From Gynuella sp. (GTDB lineage: Bacteria > Pseudomonadota > Gammaproteobacteria > Pseudomonadales > Natronospirillaceae): a stretch of 32,000 bases of DNA. Of this stretch, positions 1 through 8,886 are shown piece after piece (the stretch's first letter is position 1; each line of letters opens with the position of its first letter). The DNA is taken from contig JANQHX010000021.1 of the NCBI GenBank assembly GCA_028282465.1, positions 2,437 through 34,436 on the forward strand, in the 5' to 3' direction. Under the pieces are notes generated by a model that made no database searches, had not been told where the DNA came from, and saw only the letters and a list, made by a program, of their open reading frames with translations. The position numbers were made by a program, and so were the translations under genes.

Positions 1-12
1 AGTTAGTAGACA

Positions 13-447
13 TTATTGTTGTGGCCTCAAATCATGTCTTTTAAGAGGGTAACCTCTATCATTATAGAATTTGTAGTGTTGTCTTCCAGATTCCAGTAAT
101 GCTTCCTCTTGGCAAACCACTTCTAGTACCCGTTCAAAGCGACTGAAATAATCTGGTATTGAAAGCCCTAAGTTAATTAGTACGTCATCATGGTCACCAG
201 AATCTTCCTTCCACGAAATATGAATTTCGCTCAGGTTGTCTTCTTCATTCATGATTTGATGAGGTAAAAAACTCTCTGGCTTGAAATCCCATAAGCGTTT
301 ATCCAATAGCCTAGCTTCGGCTTCGTCATGAGCCTTAATGAGAATCCGGTGTCCCCTGTGTGCCACCTTTTCTACCAAACGGCAAACGTATCGAATACGC
401 TCATCTAGGTTGTTTGTTGGTAGGATGTGGAAATCAACTTGGGTCAT
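13..447 (-). CDS. holC: DNA polymerase III subunit chi
   Basis: 144-aa ORF with HolC-like pattern (TQVDFHIL...RYVCRLVEKVAHRGHRILI...LDKRLWDFKPESFLPHQ...PDYFSRFERVLEVV...GRQHYKFYNDRGYPLKRHDL). Confidence 0.93.
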   Translation of the reverse strand: MTQVDFHILPTNNLDERIRYVCRLVEKVAHRGHRILIKAHDEAEARLLDKRLWDFKPESFLPHQIMNEEDNLSEIHISWKEDSGDHDDVLINLGLSIPDYFSRFERVLEVVCQEEALLESGRQHYKFYNDRGYPLKRHDLRPQQ

Positions 448-780
448 GAATCTAATTTGCCTTTTAAATTTGAGTAAATTGTAACCTTAATCCCTAAGAT
501 TTTTCGAGACAGAAAGCTAATTCTGTCATTGCCTTCACCGGAATATTCTCGACCTAATATTCATAGGTTTAATGAAACTTGATCTAGGCCTTATGTAGTC
601 GTCAATTCTGTGCAAATAGCGATACATTCGCCTTGAAATCAATGGGTTAGCTTTATATAAACCTTGGGCTGGATACTGGGGTCGGAATCCAACAAGAATA
701 TATCAGATACCCAGAAAACCTTGTCTTTTCGCCCCCGTCACAATTTCTATCTGAAATAAAATCTATGGAGTAATCAAACC

Positions 781-1716
781 ATGATTTCTATCAGGAATCT
801 CCAACGAAAGTTTGGACACTTCGTTGCGGTAGACGACCTGTCTCTGGAAGTTCAACCCGGAGAAGTGTTGGGCTTTTTAGGGCCCAATGGCGCAGGTAAA
901 TCAACCACCATGAAAATGATCACAGGATTCTTAGCCCCGACCCAGGGTGAGATCGAAATCTGTGGTCATAATATAGCCACCCAGGCTCAAGCTGCACAAT
1001 CTAAAATTGGGTATTTGCCAGAAGGTGCACCCAGTTATGGTGATATGACCGTCTATGACTTCCTGATGTTTATAGCCGAAGTGCGCGGCTTCAATAAGGC
1101 AGAACGCAAAGCCAGAGTGGCTGAAGTAATTGAAAAAGTGTCTCTAAAAACTGTGGTCAGCCAGCAGATTGAAACCCTATCTAAAGGCTATAAGAGAAGA
1201 GTGGGGCTAGCCCAGGCGATTATCCATGATCCTCAGGTGCTTATTTTGGATGAACCCACTGACGGTCTAGATCCTAATCAGAAAGCGCAAGTACGCAATT
1301 TAATTCAAAATCTTTCAAAAGAAAAAATCGTCATTGTTTCAACCCACATTTTGGAAGAGGTGACTGCTGTTTGTACCAGGGCCGTTATTATCGCCAGGGG
1401 AAAACTGTTATTTGATGACAAGCCAGAAAAACTATTAGCGCAATCGAAATACCATAATGCTGTGTCACTCACCCTGGAAGAAGGGACAGATACCACAAGC
1501 TTTGAAAGTATTGATGGTTTAGCTGCCATTGAGCAGAACGGTAGTACCATTACACTTTTGCCAGAGAGCGGAGAGTTTTTATATCCCAAGGTCTCAAAAT
1601 TACTCACTGAGCAAAACATTGAACCTATTAATTTGAGTGTGGAATCTGGTCGTCTGGACGAGGTGTTTCGCACCATCACGTTACCTACCGAACAAGCAGC
1701 GGAGGCAGCGCAATGA
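781..1716 (+). CDS. ABC transporter ATP-binding protein (GldA-like)
   Basis: Walker A GPNGAGKST, Walker B VLILDEPTDGLDPNQ, H-loop STHILEE; directly followed by permease and GldG-like genes. Confidence 0.95.
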   Translation: MISIRNLQRKFGHFVAVDDLSLEVQPGEVLGFLGPNGAGKSTTMKMITGFLAPTQGEIEICGHNIATQAQAAQSKIGYLPEGAPSYGDMTVYDFLMFIAEVRGFNKAERKARVAEVIEKVSLKTVVSQQIETLSKGYKRRVGLAQAIIHDPQVLILDEPTDGLDPNQKAQVRNLIQNLSKEKIVIVSTHILEEVTAVCTRAVIIARGKLLFDDKPEKLLAQSKYHNAVSLTLEEGTDTTSFESIDGLAAIEQNGSTITLLPESGEFLYPKVSKLLTEQNIEPINLSVESGRLDEVFRTITLPTEQAAEAAQ

Positions 1717-2447
1717 ATCATTTAATCACCATATTCAAACGTGAACTTGGCGGCTACTTCAATACGCCAGTGGCCTATGTATTCTTAGTTATTTTTCTGG
1801 CACTCAGTGGCGCATTCAGCTTTTACATCGGTAATCTTTTTGAAAGAGGTCAAGCCGATTTGGTGCCCTTCTTTAATTACCATCCCTGGTTATACCTGGT
1901 TCTAATTCCAGCCATTGCAATGCGTTTGTGGGCTGAAGAAAGAAAGTCGGGCACTATTGAATTAATTATGACCTTACCTGTTCCTCAATGGGCATGGGTG
2001 ATTGGTAAATTCGGTGCAGCCTGGATTTTCTCAGGCATTGCTCTGGTAATGACTTTCCCAATTTGGGCAACAGTTGCCTACCTTGGAACCCCTGATCACG
2101 GGGTGATTTTGGCAAGCTACCTGGGCAGTTGGTTAATGGCTGGAGGGTTTTTAGCCATCGGCTCCTGTATGTCAGCCATGACAAAAAACCAAGTGGTGGC
2201 ATTTATATTAACCGTCGTTATTTGTTTCTTGTTTGTGTTTGCCAGTTTCAATATGGTTCAAGCAGCAGTACAAGACTGGGCGCCCCAATGGTTAATCGAC
2301 ACGGTGGCTGAAATGAGTGTACTCACGCATTTTGACTCAGTAAAACGAGGCGTTATTTCAGTTCGCGATTTCTTCTATTTCATCTCATTAATAGTGGTTT
2401 GGTTATTCGCCACATTAATGGTTCTTGAACTGAAAAAAGCAGACTAA
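1713..2447 (+). CDS. ABC transporter permease (GldF-like, ABC-2 type)
   Basis: Overlaps the ATPase gene by 4 nt; six hydrophobic segments; FKRELGGYFNTPVAYVFLVIF and LWAEERKSGTIELIMTLPV motifs typical of the family. Confidence 0.92.
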   Translation: MNHLITIFKRELGGYFNTPVAYVFLVIFLALSGAFSFYIGNLFERGQADLVPFFNYHPWLYLVLIPAIAMRLWAEERKSGTIELIMTLPVPQWAWVIGKFGAAWIFSGIALVMTFPIWATVAYLGTPDHGVILASYLGSWLMAGGFLAIGSCMSAMTKNQVVAFILTVVICFLFVFASFNMVQAAVQDWAPQWLIDTVAEMSVLTHFDSVKRGVISVRDFFYFISLIVVWLFATLMVLELKKAD

Positions 2448-2462
2448 TCGGAGGCCGCACAC

Positions 2463-4268
2463 ATGAAAAAATTATATACCCCTGCAGCCTTTGTTTTATT
2501 AGCTGTAGCTTTTATTTTATTTAACCTGCTGAACAACACGTTCTTTAAAAATGCTCGTGTGGATTTTACCGAGGGCTCCATTTATACGCTTTCTGAAGGC
2601 ACTAAGAATCTGTTGAGCAACTTAGACGAACCTATCAATTTGTATTTCTTTTTCTCGAATACGGCTACCAGAGAAATTCCTCAAATTCGTAGTTATGCCT
2701 CTAGGGTGCAGTCTCTATTAGAAGAATATGAGTTGCGCAGTAACGGCAAAATTAAATTGCAAATCATCGACCCAGAACCTTTCTCGGAAGCGGAAGATCA
2801 AGCCGATGCCTATGGCTTGCAGGGCGTAAGAATGAGTAATTTTGGTGACACCGTCTATTTTGGATTGGCAGGCACTAACACTCTGGATGATCAAGGTGTG
2901 TTGCCTTTCTTCCAGGCCCAAAAAGAAATTCATTTAGAGTATGACATCAGCCAATTAATTTATAAGTTGGCCAACCCAGAGCCTGCAAAAATTGCGATCT
3001 ATACTGGCCTACCTATTTCAGGCGAACGTGATTTTCGTAGCCAGCAAACGGAAGCGCCTTGGCAAACCTATATCCAACTGACAAACAACTACGATACAAC
3101 TATTTTGTCGCCAGATTTTTCAGATTTTGACCCTGAAAGTGATTTGTTGTTAATGATTCAACCGCCAAAAATAAGGCCTGATATCGCTTTCGCCATTGAC
3201 CAATACGTGATGCAAGGTGGACATGTATTGGTGTTTGTTGATCCAGTTGTACAAGGGGGATCGATGGGCGGTGATTTCCGCAACCTTGAAATGTTAGAAC
3301 TCATGGCGCACTGGGGCATTCAATTTGATTCCGGTAGCTTGATTGCAGACGCTAACCAAGCGTTAAGAGTGGGTTCTGCTCAAGGCGGTTCTGTTCGCCA
3401 CCTTGCAGTACTAAGTGTATTGAGCGATCAAATTGATCAAGAAGACGTTGCGACATCTAACCTAGAAACCATTAATGTCGCCATGGCGGGTTATGTAAAA
3501 CCTACTGAAGAAGCATCCACGACTTTCACATCCATTATCACCACCACTGAATTGTCTGGTTTGTTGCCAGCCGCCATGATGCAGTTTATTCAAGGCCCCC
3601 AAGAGTTAGCCGCTCAATTTCAACCAGACCCCGATAAATACACCATAGGTGCACGGGTGAGCGGGCCTTTAAAAACCATGTTCCCTGACCGTGAAGAAGC
3701 TATTCAAGAAACAGATAACGTTAACATCGTGGTGTTTTCTGATGTAGACATGCTACAAGACTGGTTATGGATTCGTACTCAGCAAATTGCAGGGCAAACC
3801 ATCGCTCAGCCTTGGTCAGATAACGGCTCATTGTTTATTAATACTGTAGACAATCTTATTGGCAGTTCAGATCTGATTTCACTGCGTAGCCGTGGTCAGT
3901 TTGAGCGACCCTTTGAAGTTGTGAACAAGCTTCGAGCTTCTGCGGAAGACCAATACCGGGCCAGTGAGCAATCCTTAATGCAGCAACTTCAAGAAGCGGA
4001 ACAGCGCCTTCAAGCACTGGAGTCACAAAAAACCGAAGGCTCTGAGTTAGTGCTTACCGACGAGCAACGTCAGGCAATTTTAGACTTCCAAGAGCAGCGA
4101 ATCGAAATTCGTAAAGAGTTAAGAGATGTGCGCCACCAATTGGATAAAGACATCGAATCCTTAGGAACCCGTATTAAATTACTCAATATAGCCGTGTTCC
4201 CAGTGATTCTGACCCTACTTGTATTCGCGGCAATTTGGCTGCGTAGAAAAACCAGAGTTTCAGTATAA
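2463..4268 (+). CDS. GldG-family ABC-type uncharacterised transport system protein
   Basis: N-terminal TM, then NLLNNTFFKNARVDFTEGSIYTLSEGTKNLLSNLDEPINLYFFFS..., C-terminal TM (VFPVILTLLVFAAIWLRRK). Confidence 0.9.
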   Translation: MKKLYTPAAFVLLAVAFILFNLLNNTFFKNARVDFTEGSIYTLSEGTKNLLSNLDEPINLYFFFSNTATREIPQIRSYASRVQSLLEEYELRSNGKIKLQIIDPEPFSEAEDQADAYGLQGVRMSNFGDTVYFGLAGTNTLDDQGVLPFFQAQKEIHLEYDISQLIYKLANPEPAKIAIYTGLPISGERDFRSQQTEAPWQTYIQLTNNYDTTILSPDFSDFDPESDLLLMIQPPKIRPDIAFAIDQYVMQGGHVLVFVDPVVQGGSMGGDFRNLEMLELMAHWGIQFDSGSLIADANQALRVGSAQGGSVRHLAVLSVLSDQIDQEDVATSNLETINVAMAGYVKPTEEASTTFTSIITTTELSGLLPAAMMQFIQGPQELAAQFQPDPDKYTIGARVSGPLKTMFPDREEAIQETDNVNIVVFSDVDMLQDWLWIRTQQIAGQTIAQPWSDNGSLFINTVDNLIGSSDLISLRSRGQFERPFEVVNKLRASAEDQYRASEQSLMQQLQEAEQRLQALESQKTEGSELVLTDEQRQAILDFQEQRIEIRKELRDVRHQLDKDIESLGTRIKLLNIAVFPVILTLLVFAAIWLRRKTRVSV

Positions 4269-4278
4269 GGAGGTAACC

Positions 4279-5337
4279 GTGAATTCAAAAAATGTTTATC
4301 TGCTAGCTGGCATTGTGGTGGTTTTTGCCATTATTGCTGTCGTCGTAAGTAACATGAATCGAGGAAAAATTGATTCAGAAATCGACAAAGCTGGTGTGTT
4401 AATGCCTGAGTTAACCGCTCAGGTGTCGAAACTAAATAGAATCATATTCACTGAAAAAATTGATGGCGAATTGGTGACTAACACCCTGGTAAAAGAAGAC
4501 GATCAATGGCTGGTCACCACAGCCTTTAATTACCCTGCCAGAGTTCAAATGTTAACTGAATTGATGAACACATTGGCGTTAGCAAAAACAGTGGAACCCA
4601 AAACCGCTAAGCCAGAGTTTTATTATCGACTAGAGGTTAATGAACCCGAAACCACAGAAGAAGATATATCTGGTACTCGCGTTCAAATGTTTGCGGATGA
4701 AGAGCTAGCCTTCGATTTGATTATTGGTAAAACCGTTCTTAACGGTAATGGCCAATATGTTCGCTTCACTCAAGAACCTCAAAGCTGGTTGATGGATCAA
4801 GAAATTAATATTTCAGCGGAAGCACTGGCTCTGCTCAATCGAGTCATAGGTAAAGTCAGATCTGTGGATGTGCAACGCATTGACATTAAGGCTGACGGAA
4901 CACCTATTGTTATAACGAGAAATGACGTCTCGGAAAGCTTCCAGGTTCAAGAGCTTGGCGAGGGGGTTGTTGAATTTCCCTCATTGTTGACTTCAGCCGC
5001 TAATGCACTCAATGATAAACAATACGATCAGGTCATGCCGGTGTCAGACGTTGAACTGCCCGAGTCGTTTTCTACAGTTAACTATCTATTGTTTTCCGGT
5101 GCGAATATTCAGGTGACTGGTTATAAAACTGAAGATGACAAACGTTTGATCACAATATCCGTCACCAACACCAAGCAACCCAGTGATGATGGTTTTGATG
5201 TAACTGCTGGTGAAGTTGCTCGACTAAATGCTCAATGGCAACCTTGGGTGTATGAAGTGAGCAGAACGGTTTTTGAAGAATTCGAAAAAAATCGGGATGA
5301 TTTTGTTAAAGAGCCAGAGACGGCAGAGACTGAATAG
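4279..5337 (+). CDS. DUF4340 domain-containing protein
   Basis: Start placed at GTG 4279 (in frame with listed ORF 4219..5337), preceded by a strong RBS aaggaggt; N-terminal TM; YRLEVNEPETTEEDISGTRVQMFADEELAFDLIIGKTVLNGNGQYVRF typical of DUF4340; same operon as the GldG-like gene. Confidence 0.85.
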   Translation: MNSKNVYLLAGIVVVFAIIAVVVSNMNRGKIDSEIDKAGVLMPELTAQVSKLNRIIFTEKIDGELVTNTLVKEDDQWLVTTAFNYPARVQMLTELMNTLALAKTVEPKTAKPEFYYRLEVNEPETTEEDISGTRVQMFADEELAFDLIIGKTVLNGNGQYVRFTQEPQSWLMDQEINISAEALALLNRVIGKVRSVDVQRIDIKADGTPIVITRNDVSESFQVQELGEGVVEFPSLLTSAANALNDKQYDQVMPVSDVELPESFSTVNYLLFSGANIQVTGYKTEDDKRLITISVTNTKQPSDDGFDVTAGEVARLNAQWQPWVYEVSRTVFEEFEKNRDDFVKEPETAETE

Positions 5338-5359
5338 AACTTGGTCTTTAGCTTGAGAG

Positions 5360-5387
5360 AACTCCCGCTTTTGCGGGAGTTTTTTTA
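5360..5387 (+). terminator. Rho-independent terminator of the GldA-DUF4340 operon
   Basis: AACTCCCGC-TTTT-GCGGGAGTT followed by a T run immediately downstream of the stop codon at 5337. Confidence 0.92.
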
Positions 5388-5402
5388 TTCGGTTTCTAAT
5401 GA

Positions 5403-7433
5403 TTAATCCAAGTCTTCACAATCATCTATGCCTGCAATAAGGGTGGCAGGCAATGCTCCACGAATACCTTCAACGTCTTCACAATTCAAACCAGTACCAG
5501 AAGCTTTTAACAATTTCAGTTGAGTTAACGACTCAATAGGAGTCAGATCAGCTGAAACATTGGATGACTCTATATCCAATTCTTCCAGACGATTCAGACC
5601 AGTTAAATCATCTAGGTTATTAATAGTTAGATGATTGAGCTTTAAGACTTGCAGCTGACTGAATTGACGAATAAAACTCAAATCAGAAACTGGTGTAGAT
5701 AAAATATCCAAGTATTTAATATTGGTTAATGTTTCCATTACAGAAGCGTCAACAAAGTCATAGCTCACATTCCAAATACTTAAAGATTCCAATTGCGAAA
5801 GACCCCTTAGTGGCTCTGGGCTTTCTATGCCGATAAATTCCAAATTCAGCGTTTGCAATTCAGCCATGTCTTTTAAACTTGAAGCATCTATTTTCCGTGA
5901 GTTAGAAAAACCATAAGCATTTGGTCTTAATGTTAAAGATCCTACTTGGTCCATATCTGCGAGAAAACCTAGACCTGTATAGGTACCAGTGTCATTCATG
6001 GCATAGGTTAATTCCAGGATATTTAAGCTGTCTAACTTTGGTAAGGCATTTTTAAGCCACTCTTCTTCATGAAACTCTATCACGAGTTTTTCTAAGTGAT
6101 CTTTCATGCCTTCAAGTGTTGAGGCGCTATTTTGGCTCAACTTAAAAGCATATAAGTCCAACAGAGTTAGGTTTTTTAGCCCCGACAGTGGCGAAATATC
6201 AAGTTCAGTGCTGCTAAAACCTCCATTTGTATAAACCAGCGAGATCAGTTCACTCATGTTAGCCAGATGGCTAAGATCCATCGGGGCTTCTAAATATTCT
6301 AAATCCAAAAATCTCATCTTGGTAAGCCCAGCTAAATTTACCAATGCTTGATCAGTGGTATTGCTTCCTAGCTTATTTAATTCAAGTGATTCCAATTCTG
6401 TTAGTGAACGCAGTGGAATTAGGGCGTCATCTAACAGCTCGTTTACTCCAAGGTTATTCTCGCTCAACGACAGTGACTCAAGCTGAGTCATGGAGGTTAA
6501 AGGAGTAATATCCTGAATTTGATTTCTTGATAACCATAAAGAACTTAGGTGAGTTAATCCGCCTATACCAGATAAATCATGAATTAAATTATCACTGGCT
6601 GATAGACTCGTCAGATTTGAGAATGCCAATAATGAATCAAGAGATTCAAATTGGTTTTGGGAAATATTAATTATCTGTAAAGATACTTGAGAGTCTTCAA
6701 GCTGGATTTCGGATATCTGGTTATTACTGATATCAAGCAATTTCAGGCTAGATAACCCAGGTAGGTTAACTGCAGGCCCTAATTCATTGCTATCTAGTTC
6801 AAGACTTTCCAATGCTGAAAGACCTGATAATCCTGTTACACCTTCAATATCGTTATCGCTGAGATACAGTGATGTTAGTTTAGAGTTACTTTCAAAAGAT
6901 GGCAGAGTTTCAATACGGTTGCTTTCAGCATAAAGGGTTTCTAGCTCTGGCTTATTTCTTAATGAGGCGATGCTTTTCAATTTGTTTTGCGCGAGATCAA
7001 CGATTGTAAGTTGTGAAAGATTCTCTAACGCATCGATAGACGTTACTGCATTGCCATATAGATGTAATTCTTTCAGCTGGGTCAGTTCAGCCAAAGGGGA
7101 TAAGTCTGTGACGGTATTAAGCGGGTCAACTTGATCTTCAAAAATATAGTTGAGATGGTTGTTCATCATAAGGTGTTCTAAATTCACAAATACTTCAATT
7201 CCTGAAATAGTTTTCACCCCTTTTTGTCGACAACGAATTTCGGTGACATCTTCAATGCTAGACCAGCCTTTCGATGCAGCGGTTGAAGAAATACACTGTT
7301 TAAACGCGTCATCTGGTATGTCTAGTTCTGAAATAAATTCAGGCGCTTGAGGAGTATTTGAATCATTTGACTCGTTGTTACAACCCATTAGGGTAACAAC
7401 TAATATCAGGGGAAGAATGGATCTAAATTTCAC
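5403..7433 (-). CDS. Leucine-rich repeat (internalin-type) lipoprotein
   Basis: Signal peptide with lipobox (ILVVTLMGC) and many ~21-22 aa LRRs (e.g. LENLSQLTIVDLAQNKLKSIASLRNKPELETLYAESNRIETLP). Confidence 0.9.
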   Translation of the reverse strand: MKFRSILPLILVVTLMGCNNESNDSNTPQAPEFISELDIPDDAFKQCISSTAASKGWSSIEDVTEIRCRQKGVKTISGIEVFVNLEHLMMNNHLNYIFEDQVDPLNTVTDLSPLAELTQLKELHLYGNAVTSIDALENLSQLTIVDLAQNKLKSIASLRNKPELETLYAESNRIETLPSFESNSKLTSLYLSDNDIEGVTGLSGLSALESLELDSNELGPAVNLPGLSSLKLLDISNNQISEIQLEDSQVSLQIINISQNQFESLDSLLAFSNLTSLSASDNLIHDLSGIGGLTHLSSLWLSRNQIQDITPLTSMTQLESLSLSENNLGVNELLDDALIPLRSLTELESLELNKLGSNTTDQALVNLAGLTKMRFLDLEYLEAPMDLSHLANMSELISLVYTNGGFSSTELDISPLSGLKNLTLLDLYAFKLSQNSASTLEGMKDHLEKLVIEFHEEEWLKNALPKLDSLNILELTYAMNDTGTYTGLGFLADMDQVGSLTLRPNAYGFSNSRKIDASSLKDMAELQTLNLEFIGIESPEPLRGLSQLESLSIWNVSYDFVDASVMETLTNIKYLDILSTPVSDLSFIRQFSQLQVLKLNHLTINNLDDLTGLNRLEELDIESSNVSADLTPIESLTQLKLLKASGTGLNCEDVEGIRGALPATLIAGIDDCEDLD

Positions 7434-7799
7434 TGCTTGGTTCCTTTGTAACAGTTTCTAACGGCGACGGATATGTATTGATATGCGAAACACTGTATCA
7501 ACAGGTTCATTTAATTAAATCGATATAAAGTAACCCTTTTATGATGGTGATTATAGTGAAAAGGTTTAAATACTTAGCAGCAGTTTGAATTGTTTGCGGT
7601 TATTTTCGGTGTTGAGTTTTCGATCAAGATTCAAAAAATAAGGCAAGTGCCAAATGCGAACATTTAGCTGGGGCTGTTGTATAGGGAATTTGCGTGATTT
7701 TAGATCAATTGAGGTCTGATAAAACCATACCCGGTTGAGCTTAATTGACAGAGCAGGGCCTGGGTATGGTTCAGAGTTTTTTAGATTAAATAGATAAAG

Positions 7800-8234
7800 C
7801 TAAACTGAACGAGTGGTATAGGAAGTAAAGTCTGGCTTAACCGGTGCATAGTCTCTGTCGTGTAACAACGAAGAGCGAATCATTAAATCGGCAGAAGCTC
7901 GGTTGCAAGCAACCGGAATATTCCACAGAGCAGCAATTCTCAACAAGGCTTTAATATCTGGGTCGTGAGGCATTGGCTCTAGGGGATCCCAGAAGAAAAT
8001 CAACATATCAATTTCACCTTCAGCGATTTTAGCACCAATTTGTTGGTCACCACCTAAAGGCCCGCTTAACAAACGAGTCACGGTTTTTCTCATGCCTTCT
8101 TCCAACAGTTTGCCTGTTGTGCCAGTGGCATAAATGTTTAACGGAGCCAATAAGTCATAATTGGCTTTGGCCCATTCTACTAGCTCTTTCTTTTTATGAT
8201 CATGTGCTACCAGCGCAACGCTTTTAGTCGCCAT
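7800..8234 (-). CDS. mgsA: Methylglyoxal synthase
   Basis: ALVAHDHKKKELVEWA...YATGTTGKLLEE...LSGPLGGDQQIGAKIAEGEIDMLIFFWDPLEPMPHDPDIKALLRIAALWNIPVACNRASADLMI. Confidence 0.96.
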   Translation of the reverse strand: MATKSVALVAHDHKKKELVEWAKANYDLLAPLNIYATGTTGKLLEEGMRKTVTRLLSGPLGGDQQIGAKIAEGEIDMLIFFWDPLEPMPHDPDIKALLRIAALWNIPVACNRASADLMIRSSLLHDRDYAPVKPDFTSYTTRSV

Positions 8235-8637
8235 GTTTTTCTTCCTCTTTATGGAGCAGGATGTGGTTGCCCTGCGCTTTGTAAAATCTCATTGTTAAGG
8301 GTAGGGTCGCAAAATAAGCTAGGGCTCCGGTAAAGTTAGCCAGCGCGTCCCACCAAGACAGCATTCTGTAAGCTGTCATACCTTGTAGTATTTCGATAAC
8401 AACCCCGTAACCCGCCACGATCAATAATTTCCACCACCAGCGTTGGCCTGGGTGGGGATAACTCCAGTCCACCAAACCAGCCAACACAAAATAGGCAATT
8501 AAGTGATTAACCTTATCGTTGCTGCCAGATGGATGATCAATGGGTGTCAACGAAAGCACTGCTATGGTTAAAAAAGCCAAGAGTGTAATGGCTTTAAAAC
8601 CTAAACCGCCGGGCTGTATTTGTTTTATCCAGTTCAA
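8224..8637 (-). CDS. VanZ-family membrane protein
   Basis: DKVNHLIAYFVLAGLVDW...YGVVIEILQGMTAYRMLSWWDALANFTGAL; four TM segments; overlaps mgsA start. Confidence 0.85.
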   Translation of the reverse strand: MNWIKQIQPGGLGFKAITLLAFLTIAVLSLTPIDHPSGSNDKVNHLIAYFVLAGLVDWSYPHPGQRWWWKLLIVAGYGVVIEILQGMTAYRMLSWWDALANFTGALAYFATLPLTMRFYKAQGNHILLHKEEEKHGD

Positions 8638-8701
8638 ACGTTACACACTCTAAAAAATCATTAACTGCGGATACTAACAGATTTTCAGCAGAGCCGGTTC
8701 C

Positions 8702-8866
8702 GGGCCTGTTAATACTAATTGCCTCTTTGCTGTTGAGCTTACTAATCCCTCATTCGTCGTTCGTCGTTGCATCTTTTTATATAGCTCGTTACACCACACT
8801 CGCTACGCCTTGTTTGGCTCAAAAAATAGCCGACGGCAGCGTGAAACAATTCGTGCTAACAGGCCC
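8702..8866. repeat. Candidate MITE-like element with terminal inverted repeats
   Basis: Left end GGGCCTGTTAATACTAATTGCCTC; reverse complement of the right end GGGCCTGTTAGCACGAATTGTTTC; 19 of 24 positions match, with the outer 10 perfect. Non-coding. No target-site duplication seen. Confidence 0.45.
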
Positions 8867-8886
8867 TAGGCTGCTAACCTGAATTC

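Noticed and set aside
1305-1721. 138-aa antisense ORF over the ABC ATPase gene
   Set aside because: It overlaps a clear ATPase coding region, has no recognisable domain, and its composition fits a shadow ORF.
4219-4278. Longer start for the DUF4340 protein
   Set aside because: GTG 4279 has a strong RBS and a proper N-terminal TM; the longer form overlaps the GldG-like gene by 50 nt.
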